Positions 19,900 through 29,077 of a DNA stretch of 64,000 nt are shown here, piece after piece. The notes below the pieces were generated by a model, which worked only from the letters and a program-made list of their open reading frames with translations, was not told where the DNA came from and did no database searches. The translations under genes and the position numbers were made by a program. This stretch comes from an uncultured delta proteobacterium (GTDB lineage: Bacteria; Desulfobacterota; Binatia; Binatales; Binataceae): assembly GCA_963794325.1 (NCBI GenBank), contig CAWCDG010000004.1:256001-320000 (forward strand), written 5' to 3'. Every line of letters starts with the position of its first letter. The first letter of the stretch is position 1.

Positions 19900-20202
19900 A
19901 TGGGACGCGCGAAGATCGATATACCTGCGGAACGGATTCGCGACTTCTGCTGTCGCCATCATATTCGCAAGCTCGCATTCTTTGGGTCGGTTCTGCGCGA
20001 CGATTTTCTGCCGGGCAGCGATGTGGATGTGATCGTGGAATTTGAGCCGGGTCACGTGCCCGGCCTCGACTTCTTCGCCATGCAGGATGAGTTGTCGGAT
20101 ATTCTCGGACGGACTGCCGACCTCAACACGCCTGGATTTTTGGGCAATCACTTCCGCGACCGCGTCCTCGCCGACGCCGAGGTTCAGTATGTCGCGCCAT
20201 GA
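19900..20202 (+). CDS. minimal nucleotidyltransferase (MNT) antitoxin
   Basis: FGSVLRDDFLPGSDVDVIVEF (GSx10DxD). Confidence 0.9.
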   Translation: MGRAKIDIPAERIRDFCCRHHIRKLAFFGSVLRDDFLPGSDVDVIVEFEPGHVPGLDFFAMQDELSDILGRTADLNTPGFLGNHFRDRVLADAEVQYVAP

Positions 20203-20530
20203 AAGCATGCTGCGACTTCGGCACATGCTCGATCATGCACGCGAAGCAGTTGCAATGGCGAATGGAAAGACTCGCGACGATCTTTATACCGATCGTATGC
20301 TGAACCTCGCTCTTGTCCGATTGTTGGAAATTGTCGGAGAAGCGGCGAGCAGAACGCCGCTCGACGAACGCGCTCAACATGGCGACATACCATGGTCCCA
20401 GATCGTCGGACTGCGAAACCGTCTGATTCACGGCTATGACTCGGTGGACTTCGAAATACTCTGGCAGATTGTCAACAAGGACTTGCCGAATTTGATTCTG
20501 TCACTCGAGCGAATTGTTTCGTCGGCCTGA
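20189..20530 (+). CDS. HEPN (DUF86/HepT-like) RNase toxin
   Basis: LEIVGEAA, IPWSQIVGLRNRLIHGYD (Rx4H); overlaps the MNT gene. Confidence 0.9.
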   Translation: MSRHESMLRLRHMLDHAREAVAMANGKTRDDLYTDRMLNLALVRLLEIVGEAASRTPLDERAQHGDIPWSQIVGLRNRLIHGYDSVDFEILWQIVNKDLPNLILSLERIVSSA

Positions 20531-20624
20531 ACTGCCGCACTCCGCTTCCGTAGATTCCCACTTGCGTCCCCGCACACCTGCGAATAGTTGTGATCTATCG
20601 CGCGTTCCGGCGTGCGAGGAAGCA

Positions 20625-20954
20625 ATGCAAAAATTAATTTCTACCGCAATCGCGTTTTCGATCCTGCTGATCGCAGCCGGATGCTCGACCAACAATCAAA
20701 CCGTGCAGCAGAAGCAGGCCTGCTCCGTCGGCGACCAGCATCCGTGGTGTATGCAATTGGCGCAGACCAAGCCCCTGGGCGCTGCGTCCAACGGATCGGA
20801 AGCGACCTGGCCGACCAATCCTGAAATGCAGGACGGCAGACCGCCCTATCCGACGAACCCGGCGCTATCGTACACCGGGATCCCCGCGGGCACCTTCGGC
20901 GGTCTCAACGGTTCTATCAATTTAGGCAATTTCGGCGGTATGCACGGCATGTAA
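20625..20954 (+). CDS. putative lipoprotein
   Basis: Signal peptide with lipobox IAAGC; GAGGA RBS. Confidence 0.7.
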   Translation: MQKLISTAIAFSILLIAAGCSTNNQTVQQKQACSVGDQHPWCMQLAQTKPLGAASNGSEATWPTNPEMQDGRPPYPTNPALSYTGIPAGTFGGLNGSINLGNFGGMHGM

Positions 20955-20960
20955 GCGCCG

Positions 20961-21383
20961 TTAGCTTTTCGTGAATTCGACCGTCGCCGTTCCGGTCACG
21001 AGGCGCTCCGCCTCCTCGTTCTCCATCCAGACGTCGATCTCGGCCGTGTGGTCTTCAGCATTCTTGTTGGTGATAAATCCGTGAATCGTGATCGTATGGT
21101 CGGGCTGCACCGGCACGCGATAGGTCGTGCTCATCCGCGACAGCCACGCATTGCCCGACCCGATCCAATCCGTCACCAGCTTCGACAGCAGGCCCAGGCT
21201 CATATTGCCCGGCAGGATCATTCCGGGGAGGCCTTCCTTCTTCGCGGCTTCGTCGTCGGTGAAGCGCCCCGCAATATCGCCCATGCCCATCGTCTTGGCG
21301 TATAGGCGGCACTGATCCTTGCTGACGAACAACTCGAGCGGGCCGAGCGTGTCGCCGATATTGATTTCTTCGAAGCTGCTCAC
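20961..21383 (-). CDS. MaoC-like hotdog-fold protein
   Basis: DDEAAKKEGLPGMILPG, PVQPDHTITIHG, GTATVEF. Confidence 0.8.
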   Translation of the reverse strand: MSSFEEINIGDTLGPLELFVSKDQCRLYAKTMGMGDIAGRFTDDEAAKKEGLPGMILPGNMSLGLLSKLVTDWIGSGNAWLSRMSTTYRVPVQPDHTITIHGFITNKNAEDHTAEIDVWMENEEAERLVTGTATVEFTKS

Positions 21384-21826
21384 GTGCGGTTCATGAAACG
21401 ATGGTCGATATGGGCCAGCACTTCGTCCTTCTGGTTTTTCAGGGTCGAGCGAATCACGACGAAGACCATGGTGCCCGTGCGCCCGGTCTTCTCGAAAATT
21501 TCCTTCACGTGCGAGGTCAACGTCACCTTGTCGCCCGGCCTTATCGGCGCGACGAATTCAACGTCCTTCCCCGCGTCGAAGCCGCGGCGTCCGAAGCGCG
21601 GGACGTTCTCAAAAAAATGTCGCCCGTTGCGGAACGTCACCGCGAACGACGGCGGCGCGACGATCCCGCCGTACACTCCCTTCTTCGCCGCTTCCTCGTC
21701 CGTGTAGATCGGATTGGTCTCGCCGAGCGCCGTGCAGTACCGCTTGATCTTGTCGGCCTTGACCTCGACCGGCTCGGTGACTTCAAAGACCTTGTTGATC
21801 AGCGCCGGATCGTATTCGACTGCCAT
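21380..21826 (-). CDS. MaoC N-terminal-type (FAS1-like) hotdog-fold protein
   Basis: ALGETNPIYTDEEAA, APPSF, PIRPGD, EKTGRTGTMVFV. Confidence 0.85.
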   Translation of the reverse strand: MAVEYDPALINKVFEVTEPVEVKADKIKRYCTALGETNPIYTDEEAAKKGVYGGIVAPPSFAVTFRNGRHFFENVPRFGRRGFDAGKDVEFVAPIRPGDKVTLTSHVKEIFEKTGRTGTMVFVVIRSTLKNQKDEVLAHIDHRFMNRT

Positions 21827-21838
21827 CTTCTAACTCGC

Positions 21839-22522
21839 TTATCGCGATTCCATCGCGACGGCTTGAGGCACTGGCTTGCGCTTCGGCCTAAAATCCACCG
21901 GCTCGAAATTGCCGGTTCTCAATTCATTCACCAGGTCGTCGATCGTCTTGATATACGCGCTGAACTTCGTCGCGCACAATCCGATCAGACTCACCAGATG
22001 GCTGTCGGATCCACCGGTCGCCGCGAAACCATACTTCGCGATCAACTCCGCGCTGCGCTCATCCTCGCCCTTGCGCGATCCGCCGTTGAGCGCCTCGACT
22101 GCGACCACGTTCTCCAGCGGCCCCTTGCTCTGATAATGCTCGTAGAGCCCGATATTCGGCCGCCCCGGATGACAGGGGACGACGATCCCGCCCATCCGCG
22201 CGATTTCATCGATCAGCGTCTGCGCGTCGAGATGCACGTCGGCGAAATCGAATCGCTTGACCATGTCGTCATTCACGCCAAACACCAGCATGTGCCCGTA
22301 GTTGGTCTCGACTTCCGACGCTCGCAGCACCAGCGTGCCGAACTTGTCTTCAAGCGCGCGATAATCGGCCTCGCGATTGAACTGGCGATGCTCAGTGAGC
22401 ACGATTCCGTCGACCGGCCGCTCCGTCGCTCGCAGCTTGATCCAGTTGAGGTAAGCCTCTACCGGTGCGCGGCTGTCTTCCGATGCTTCACTATGGGTAT
22501 GCAGATCAAGGATTGTACTCAC
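21839..22522 (-). CDS. PHP-domain phosphoesterase
   Basis: DLHTHS, LTEH, GHMLVFG, HPGR, GGSDSH. Confidence 0.88.
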   Translation of the reverse strand: MSTILDLHTHSEASEDSRAPVEAYLNWIKLRATERPVDGIVLTEHRQFNREADYRALEDKFGTLVLRASEVETNYGHMLVFGVNDDMVKRFDFADVHLDAQTLIDEIARMGGIVVPCHPGRPNIGLYEHYQSKGPLENVVAVEALNGGSRKGEDERSAELIAKYGFAATGGSDSHLVSLIGLCATKFSAYIKTIDDLVNELRTGNFEPVDFRPKRKPVPQAVAMESR

Positions 22523-22535
22523 CAGGAATGTGCCC

Positions 22536-22964
22536 TCACCTCGCCGGGCGAAATTTCGCGAGCGTCACAGTCGGCGTGACGTCCTCGTATACGACCTCGA
22601 CGGGCATTCCTATCTTAGCTTGTTCTGGCGCGCAGTCGATAATGTTGGTGAGCATTTTCACGCCCTCGTCCAATTCGACATACGCCATAATGTAGGGTAG
22701 CGATTCGCGAAATCCCGGCGCCTGGTTCTGATACGTGGTCGTAAAGGTATAGACCTTGCCGCGCCCGCTGCATTTGATCCATTGCGTATCCGGCGACAGG
22801 CAATTCGTGCACAGCGCGCGCGGGTAGTAGCGCAGGTCGCCGCACTTGCGGCACTTCTGGATATAAAGCTCGTGCCGCTGCAGCGCCTCCCACCACGGAC
22901 GATTCTCTTCGTCGAGATGCGGCAGTGGCTTCGAGTATTTCTTCGCTTGCGTCTGTTCCGCCAT
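22536..22964 (-). CDS. DUF35 Zn-ribbon/OB-fold protein
   Basis: QKCRKCG..YYPRALCTNC, SGRGKVYTFT, VELDEG, IGMPVEV. Confidence 0.92.
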   Translation of the reverse strand: MAEQTQAKKYSKPLPHLDEENRPWWEALQRHELYIQKCRKCGDLRYYPRALCTNCLSPDTQWIKCSGRGKVYTFTTTYQNQAPGFRESLPYIMAYVELDEGVKMLTNIIDCAPEQAKIGMPVEVVYEDVTPTVTLAKFRPAR

Positions 22965-22982
22965 GATTTTCGTCCGCCCTGA

Positions 22983-24149
22983 TTACTGATTGCTGAGAAT
23001 AAGCGTCGCCCCCGAATGCCGCGTGCCGAGCGTGCCGCCGGTCCCGTGCGCGAGCGCGATTTTGCAATCCTTGACCTGCCGCGGCCCACACTCGCCGCGC
23101 AGCTGTTTCGTCGCCTCGATCACTAAAAAAATTCCACGCATCCCCGGATGGTTCGACGACAGGCCGCCGCCATCGGTGTTGATCGGAAACTCGCCGTCGT
23201 ATCGGAGCCGCCCGCCCGTCACGAACGCGCCCCCTTCGCCACGCTTGCAGAAGCCGAGATTTTCGAGCGTCGTCAGCACGGTGATCGTGAACGAGTCGTA
23301 GATCATCGCCATGTCGATATCTTTATGCGCGACGCCCGCGCGCTCGAACGCCAGCCGTCCCGATTGTGCCGCCGCGATTTCCAGAAAATCGCGCTGACCG
23401 CGCGCCGCGTGCCGCACCGTCTCGCCCGTGCCGAGGATATAGACCGGCTTCTTCTTCAAATCGCGCGCCCGCTCCGCCGACGTGATCACCAGCGCGCCGC
23501 CGCCGTCACTGATTATGCAACAATCGAGCAGATGCAGCGGCGACGAGATGATTCGCGACGCAAGCACGTCCTCGACCGTGATCGGCTCGCGATACTTCGC
23601 CGCCGGATTCATCGACGCATGCAGCCGCATCGTGACTGCAATCTCGGCCAGTTGCTCCGAGGTCGTGCCGTAGTCATGCATATGCCGCTGCGCGACCATC
23701 GCGTACGACCCGACCGTGGTCGGCCCGAACGGAATCTCGTACTGGTCACACGGATCGCCACTGCCGCCGCCGCCCCCGCCGCCTGTGCCAATCGCGAACC
23801 GCGACGACGCCGCCGTCGATCCATAAACCACGACGCACACGTCGCACATCCCGGCATGAATCGCGGCGGCCGCATGTGCCGTGTGCGCGACGAACGACGA
23901 TCCGCCGATCGACGTCGAATCGACAAAGTTCGGCGTCAGGTTCAGGTAATCGCAGAAACCGACGATTCCCATCCCGCTCATTCCGATCCCGGTCGTGCAC
24001 AGCCCGTTCACGTCTTTGATAGTGAGCCCGGCGTCATCGAGCGCTCCGCGCACGCTCTCCGCCATTATCTGAAACAGACTTTTATCGGGCGCGAATCGCG
24101 TCGGATGCTCAAACACCCCGGCCACTGCGGTCTTGCGGCTTAAACTCAT
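22983..24149 (-). CDS. SCP2-type thiolase-superfamily protein (Ltp2-like, likely aldolase)
   Basis: HASMNPAA, LDCCIISDGGGA, IYDSFT, NTDGGGLSSNHPG; GGSS occupies the usual nucleophilic Cys position. Confidence 0.85.
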   Translation of the reverse strand: MSLSRKTAVAGVFEHPTRFAPDKSLFQIMAESVRGALDDAGLTIKDVNGLCTTGIGMSGMGIVGFCDYLNLTPNFVDSTSIGGSSFVAHTAHAAAAIHAGMCDVCVVVYGSTAASSRFAIGTGGGGGGGSGDPCDQYEIPFGPTTVGSYAMVAQRHMHDYGTTSEQLAEIAVTMRLHASMNPAAKYREPITVEDVLASRIISSPLHLLDCCIISDGGGALVITSAERARDLKKKPVYILGTGETVRHAARGQRDFLEIAAAQSGRLAFERAGVAHKDIDMAMIYDSFTITVLTTLENLGFCKRGEGGAFVTGGRLRYDGEFPINTDGGGLSSNHPGMRGIFLVIEATKQLRGECGPRQVKDCKIALAHGTGGTLGTRHSGATLILSNQ

Positions 24150-24158
24150 CTCAAATTC

Positions 24159-24980
24159 CTACTTCAGTCCGTCGACGAACTGCTCGATCGCGGCGTTGTA
24201 CTCGGCGGGACGCTCGCGCGGAATGTAATGCCCGGCGTCCGCGATAATCCTGCACGTCGCGCCACGAATTTTGCCCGCGATTAATTCCGCATCAGCCGGC
24301 GTGGTCCCTTTGTCGTCAGCACCCGCGATCACCATCGTGGGTTTGTCGATCTTCCCGATCGCCTCGCGCAGATCGACCTGCGAGCACGCGAGGATGTCCG
24401 TGTATCGCACGCGCGGGTCAGTCTTGATTTGTTCCATCCACCCTTCGCGCACAACATCGAAATTGTTCTTCACTGTCATGGGCGAATAGCCGTCCGTGTT
24501 GAACGCCTGCGGCGCGCGGCCCATCGTGATCGCGCGCAATCCTTCGATCCGATCCGGCGTGAGATTGAACTTCGCCGCCGTGCAACTGAGTATCAGCGCC
24601 TCGACCCGCGCCGCATGCCGCAAGCCGAGCTCCATCGCAATCGCCCCGCCCATCGAATGTCCCAGTATCACCGCCGACTTGATCTTCAACGCATCGAGGA
24701 ACGCCGCAACGAAATCCGCATAGTCACTAACCGTCCGCAACCCCTCGACCCCCGCCGACCGTCCATGCCCCGGCAAGTCGAGCGCGATCGGACTGTACCG
24801 GCCGCCAAACGCCTCGATCTGCCGATGCCACGTATGCCCGTTCGACCCCGCACCATGCACAAACAAAATCTTGCGCCCGCGCGAAAAATCCGGCACCACA
24901 TCCGGCAGCGTCGTCGCCCCGTTATAATAGTAGTAAGTCGCGTATCCCTTTACGTCGGTATATTTCGTCTGCGTAGGCAT
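24159..24980 (-). CDS. alpha/beta hydrolase
   Basis: HGAG, DLPGHG, GHSMGG, AGH. Confidence 0.92.
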   Translation of the reverse strand: MPTQTKYTDVKGYATYYYYNGATTLPDVVPDFSRGRKILFVHGAGSNGHTWHRQIEAFGGRYSPIALDLPGHGRSAGVEGLRTVSDYADFVAAFLDALKIKSAVILGHSMGGAIAMELGLRHAARVEALILSCTAAKFNLTPDRIEGLRAITMGRAPQAFNTDGYSPMTVKNNFDVVREGWMEQIKTDPRVRYTDILACSQVDLREAIGKIDKPTMVIAGADDKGTTPADAELIAGKIRGATCRIIADAGHYIPRERPAEYNAAIEQFVDGLK

Positions 24981-25073
24981 CGCGCAAAAACTCTCCGCCA
25001 GTAGCTTTTGAAGGTTAGCTATTAGGTTGAAGCCGCGCTTGTCAAACGCCCCAACCTTCAGCCTGCCGCATCC

Positions 25074-25556
25074 TCAGCGCAGCGAACGGACGGGTTCCTT
25101 CACCCATTCCTCGTCGCTTTCTTTCAATTCTCGTACACTCAGGTCGTGAAAAATTAGACCGATGTTGTGGCTGTTCGTTTCGATCCGAACTTCGTGCATC
25201 GGCTTGCCAACCTTGAGGGACCATTCGCGCGCGAGTTCGGAATTGTCCACGTACGCCGCACCTGGGTATGCGGCCGAATAGCAGACTGCCCACAGGTAGC
25301 CCTCAGGGGAACCGGCGCGCTCCCAAGACGCGTAGTCGGTATAAATGTCGTCCCACGACTGTTGCCAGAATCGATCGGCCACTGCGGTTGTGATCCACGC
25401 CGAAGTACAGTGACTGAAACGGTATAGGAATTGATGCTCTTTGATATAGGCGACGACATCGTAGTCTCGTAGGAAAGAAGTGAAACCATGCCTTACTATG
25501 AGACTATCGAATAGTGGTTCCTGCAGTGCCTTTTTGATCTCGTCTACCGTCATCAT
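25074..25556 (-). CDS. hypothetical protein (YxiG-like)
   Basis: HGFTSFLRDY, YPGA, HEVRIETN..LIFHDL resemble the YxiG-like family from memory; lower GC. Confidence 0.6.
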   Translation of the reverse strand: MMTVDEIKKALQEPLFDSLIVRHGFTSFLRDYDVVAYIKEHQFLYRFSHCTSAWITTAVADRFWQQSWDDIYTDYASWERAGSPEGYLWAVCYSAAYPGAAYVDNSELAREWSLKVGKPMHEVRIETNSHNIGLIFHDLSVRELKESDEEWVKEPVRSLR

Positions 25557-26356
25557 CTATCCCGCCGGCCGATGATCAGAGGTTCGTGCTGCGTCAACGT
25601 CTGCGGCACTCCCGACTTGCCGAGCTCCCCAATCATCTCCTCGGCGCGTTCGCGCTCACCCTCCGGTATCAGCGGCATCCACCTGATCCTGATCCAGTCA
25701 TCTATATCCGCCCACGTAACCGTGAATGGCGCCGCACGTTCCTCGACCCGCAAACCCGCCTTCGCGAACGCCTGCTGATAGCGATCCCTGGGACGCGCAT
25801 CGGCCTCGCGACGCGCCGCGCGCCGAAAGATCACCTCGCGATATTCGCGCCATCGCTCCTCACCGACGATTGCGCTCAGCATCTGTCGCACACTGTCGTC
25901 GCGCTGCCCGGTCGCAATCATCACTCCGCCGACTTGCAGACATCGCGCAAACTCGGCCACGACACCCTCGACATCCGCGACGAACTGAATCACGTGACTC
26001 GCGAAGATTAAATCGAACGACGAATGCTTGAACGGCAGTCGCGATACGTCCGCGCGGATCAGCCGGCATTTCCCGCCAACTCGGCCGCGCGCCGACAGCA
26101 GCATCTCGAAAGTCAGATCGACACCGGTGATACGCCTGATGCCCGGCGCCTCGACAAACTTCCGCAGATAGGCGCCGTTGCCGCATCCGACATCGAGCAC
26201 CTCGCGCGCGTCCGCGATCTCCCCCGCAATCGCCTCGAGCACCGCACTCCGCCGATTCCCATAGTACGCGCCGTCGCCGTACGTATCGGCCAACCGTCCG
26301 AAATACTGAGCTATCTGCGAAGGTCTGCGATCTCGCGAGCTATGGTCTGGGTCCAT
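25553..26356 (-). CDS. class I SAM-dependent methyltransferase
   Basis: VLDVGCGNG, GVDLT, LPFKHSSFDLI. Confidence 0.88.
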   Translation of the reverse strand: MDPDHSSRDRRPSQIAQYFGRLADTYGDGAYYGNRRSAVLEAIAGEIADAREVLDVGCGNGAYLRKFVEAPGIRRITGVDLTFEMLLSARGRVGGKCRLIRADVSRLPFKHSSFDLIFASHVIQFVADVEGVVAEFARCLQVGGVMIATGQRDDSVRQMLSAIVGEERWREYREVIFRRAARREADARPRDRYQQAFAKAGLRVEERAAPFTVTWADIDDWIRIRWMPLIPEGERERAEEMIGELGKSGVPQTLTQHEPLIIGRRDR

Positions 26357-26402
26357 AGCAGCGAGGATGACAGAAAACCCGCCACGCGGAAAAGTTTGCC
26401 CG

Positions 26403-26639
26403 CTACTTGCGAGCTTTGCGACCTTTGGCTTTATGCGGGGGCGAACTGACTCCATCTGTGATCGGCTCGACCTGCGCATGCTCCCACACTTCGATCGCCG
26501 CGCGGCTGAATCGCCATGCGCTCCCGACGCGGAAGCCCGGTATTCGTCCCTCTCGCAGCAAGCGGTAGATCGTCGTCGGATGGACGCGCAGATGCGCCGA
26601 CAACTCGGAGATTGTCAGAATTTCTTCAGAGGATGCCAT
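26403..26639 (-). CDS. excisionase-like helix-turn-helix DNA-binding protein
   Basis: ILTISELSAHLRVHPTTIYRLLREGRIPGFRVGSAWRF. Confidence 0.88.
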   Translation of the reverse strand: MASSEEILTISELSAHLRVHPTTIYRLLREGRIPGFRVGSAWRFSRAAIEVWEHAQVEPITDGVSSPPHKAKGRKARK

Positions 26640-26879
26640 GATGACGCCAAGCCTGACCTCGGGGAGTAGCTAGCCGGTTCCTTTTTAACGAGGCGTATCG
26701 CTCGATGTCGTACAAAAACCCGCTTCCCAGCCTCTAACCGTGCCACGGATAAGTCAATACTGACGGTTCGCGCTTGTCAGACCTCACGAATCTTGGCGAA
26801 GGTGCGTCAGGTTGCGTTATGGTTAGCGAGAGGCGGACAGAATAATTCAAAGCCGCGCGCGCAATGGAGGCGATTTGCG

Positions 26880-27686
26880 ATGCAATATGAGGCGATCGAA
26901 ATCAATCAAGACGGCCCGGTGGCATGGCTGACTCTCAACCGCCCGCATAATCTCAACGCGCTCAGCGCGCAAATGGTCGCCGAGCTCGAAGATTTCCTGC
27001 ATCGCCTGCCGACGCAGACCGAGACCCGCGTCGTCGTGATGAAGGGCGCAGGACGCGCCTTCTGCGCCGGGCTCGATCTCAAGGAACAGAATCGCGGCGG
27101 CACCGGGCTGGGCGCATCGACCACCGACACCGTCGAGAGCCAGCGCCGGATGAGCGATCTGGTCGTCGCGATTCGACGCGCGCCGCAGCCGTTCATCGCG
27201 GCAATCCGCGGACCGGCCGCCGGCGGCGGCTTCGCGCTCGCGCTCGCATGCGACGTGCGCATCGCAGGCGAGTCGGCCCGCTTCAACGCCGCATTCATCC
27301 GCATCGGGCTGAGCGCATGCGACATGGGCGTCAGCTATTTTCTACCGCGCGCCGTCGGCACTTCGGTCGCGTCCGAGCTGATGCTCACCGGACGCTTCAT
27401 CAACGCGCAGCGCGCCTTCGCCACCGGCCTCGTATCGGAGCTGATGCCCGACGCCGAAGTCGATGGCGCCGCTGCCAAGCTCGCCCTCGAGATGACTGAA
27501 ACGTCGCCGCTTGGCCTGCGCCTCACCAAGGAATGCCTCTCGCACAACATCGACGCCGGCAGTCTCGAGCAGGCAGTTGCGATCGAGGATCGCAACCAAG
27601 TGCTATGCGTCCGCGCCGGCTACATCGAAGAAGGCGCGCGCGCCTTCCTCGAAAAGCGCAAGCCCAAATTCGCCCCGCGCGCCTGA
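26880..27686 (+). CDS. enoyl-CoA hydratase/isomerase
   Basis: LTLNRPHNLNAL, AFCAGLDL, GGGFALALACD, AFLEKRKP. Confidence 0.93.
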   Translation: MQYEAIEINQDGPVAWLTLNRPHNLNALSAQMVAELEDFLHRLPTQTETRVVVMKGAGRAFCAGLDLKEQNRGGTGLGASTTDTVESQRRMSDLVVAIRRAPQPFIAAIRGPAAGGGFALALACDVRIAGESARFNAAFIRIGLSACDMGVSYFLPRAVGTSVASELMLTGRFINAQRAFATGLVSELMPDAEVDGAAAKLALEMTETSPLGLRLTKECLSHNIDAGSLEQAVAIEDRNQVLCVRAGYIEEGARAFLEKRKPKFAPRA

Positions 27687-27687
27687 C

Positions 27688-27720
27688 AAAAGAAAAGGGG
27701 CGGTTCGATGAACCGCCCCT
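27688..27720 (-). terminator. intrinsic terminator between convergent genes
   Basis: 11-bp stem AGGGGCGGTTC/GAACCGCCCCT with a U-tract on the minus strand. Confidence 0.75.
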
Positions 27721-27748
27721 GAAGCACTCGCTACAAAAGCTCTATCGA

Positions 27749-28927
27749 CTAACTACTCGCCATCGTCGTCGCTTCGCCGAGCCGTGCCACCAGATACTCC
27801 GGCTGCCCGTCGCGCCACACCCTGAATTGCACGCGCTGCCCGGGAGCATATCCCGCCAGGATGTCGTTGAACACTTTCCCGTCGGGAATCGTCTTGCCGT
27901 CGAACTCGCTGATCACATCCCCCGCCTTGATTCCCGCTTTGTCCGCCGGCGATCCAATCAGCACCGCCTTCACCTTCGCTCCCCAGACTGCCGACGCCGT
28001 CGTCGTCGTGACGCCGAAGAACGCGGGCCCTCCCGCGGGCAGCAGGTCGGGATGCAGGAAGTGCACGCGATTAACCCCGTTCACTCGATGCACGATATCC
28101 GCGATCTTGCGCACCTCATTCATGCTGTAGACTTCGCCCGCGAGATACGCGTCGCCCTTCTTCGAGACCGACACGCCTATATCCGTGAACGCACGCACCT
28201 TGAGCGTATCTTTGATTCGCGCCTCGAGCACCGATGACTCCAAGGTCCGTGGCGCTGACGCCTGCTGAATATCCGTATCGGGCATCACCACCAGCGTCGA
28301 TATCACATCATCCGGGCTCATCGGGGTTGACGCCTTAAGCGCCGGCGTCGCGATACTCTGCGCCATCAAAGTCGGCTGACTGTGATTGCTCACAATCGGC
28401 GTGCGCATCACCAGCACCGCCACCAACACCATCAATCCGGTCCCCATCGCAGTGAACGCGTAGTCGCGGACCAGAGCATGACGATTCGCTGCGAGTGCCA
28501 CGACGCCCAGGTCAACGCCATCTGCGTCCTCGTCCTCGGCCTCGGCAGTTTCAAACGTGGATTCCGGGAAATCCAGGTCGTAGGCCTTCTCGGCGGCGGC
28601 GAGTCTCTCGAGCTCTTCGAACGTGCGCGGGATACCTTCGATCACCGCGACGACGTCATCGCTCGCCGACATCCCGGCGCTCGAATCGTCGCGCTCATCG
28701 GAAACACTCGCGCTGTAATCTGCCTGCTTGAGATCGCTGGCCGCCTGATCTTCGCCGCCCACGCGCCCGATCGTTCCCGACCCGCCCGCGTGATGTACGA
28801 CGGACTCGGTCCCGGTCTCGCCCCAAGCTTGTGCGCCAGCTTCATCCCTCTTCCGCTTGAAACGCATCAGCGCTTCTTCCAGCGTCAAGATGGAGTCTGT
28901 TGGCTTGCCGCCTCCGTTCTTACCCAT
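27749..28927 (-). CDS. single-pass membrane protein with BON and PDZ domains
   Basis: Acidic N-terminus, one TM, BON-like AYLAGEV..VNGVNRV, PDZ GSPADKAGIKAGDVISEFDG. Confidence 0.75.
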   Translation of the reverse strand: MGKNGGGKPTDSILTLEEALMRFKRKRDEAGAQAWGETGTESVVHHAGGSGTIGRVGGEDQAASDLKQADYSASVSDERDDSSAGMSASDDVVAVIEGIPRTFEELERLAAAEKAYDLDFPESTFETAEAEDEDADGVDLGVVALAANRHALVRDYAFTAMGTGLMVLVAVLVMRTPIVSNHSQPTLMAQSIATPALKASTPMSPDDVISTLVVMPDTDIQQASAPRTLESSVLEARIKDTLKVRAFTDIGVSVSKKGDAYLAGEVYSMNEVRKIADIVHRVNGVNRVHFLHPDLLPAGGPAFFGVTTTTASAVWGAKVKAVLIGSPADKAGIKAGDVISEFDGKTIPDGKVFNDILAGYAPGQRVQFRVWRDGQPEYLVARLGEATTMASS

Positions 28928-29077
28928 CGGAGCACCGCCTCCTGCTTGATTTAGCCATCCCTGAACTGAATCAGGATGTCTTTACTACAGATAGCAGGGA
29001 ATAACGTCTAGGCCAACCATGGATCGTTCAGTTGCCAACAGCAGCGGTCAGGCGCTGTTGAGATTCTCTAACTGCCG

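Noticed and set aside
26403-26639. Prophage or ICE suggested by the excisionase-like gene
   Set aside because: No integrase, structural, conjugation or att features are present in the window.
26728-26745. TGGCACG on the minus strand as a sigma54 promoter for the Xis-like gene
   Set aside because: The -12 position reads GG instead of GC at the required N10 spacing.
26661-26785. GGGGAGTAGC...GTCAATAC...AGACC resembles a yybP-ykoY (Mn2+) riboswitch
   Set aside because: The P1 pairing is poor and the downstream gene is an enoyl-CoA hydratase rather than a metal transporter. An Rfam scan would be needed to revive it.
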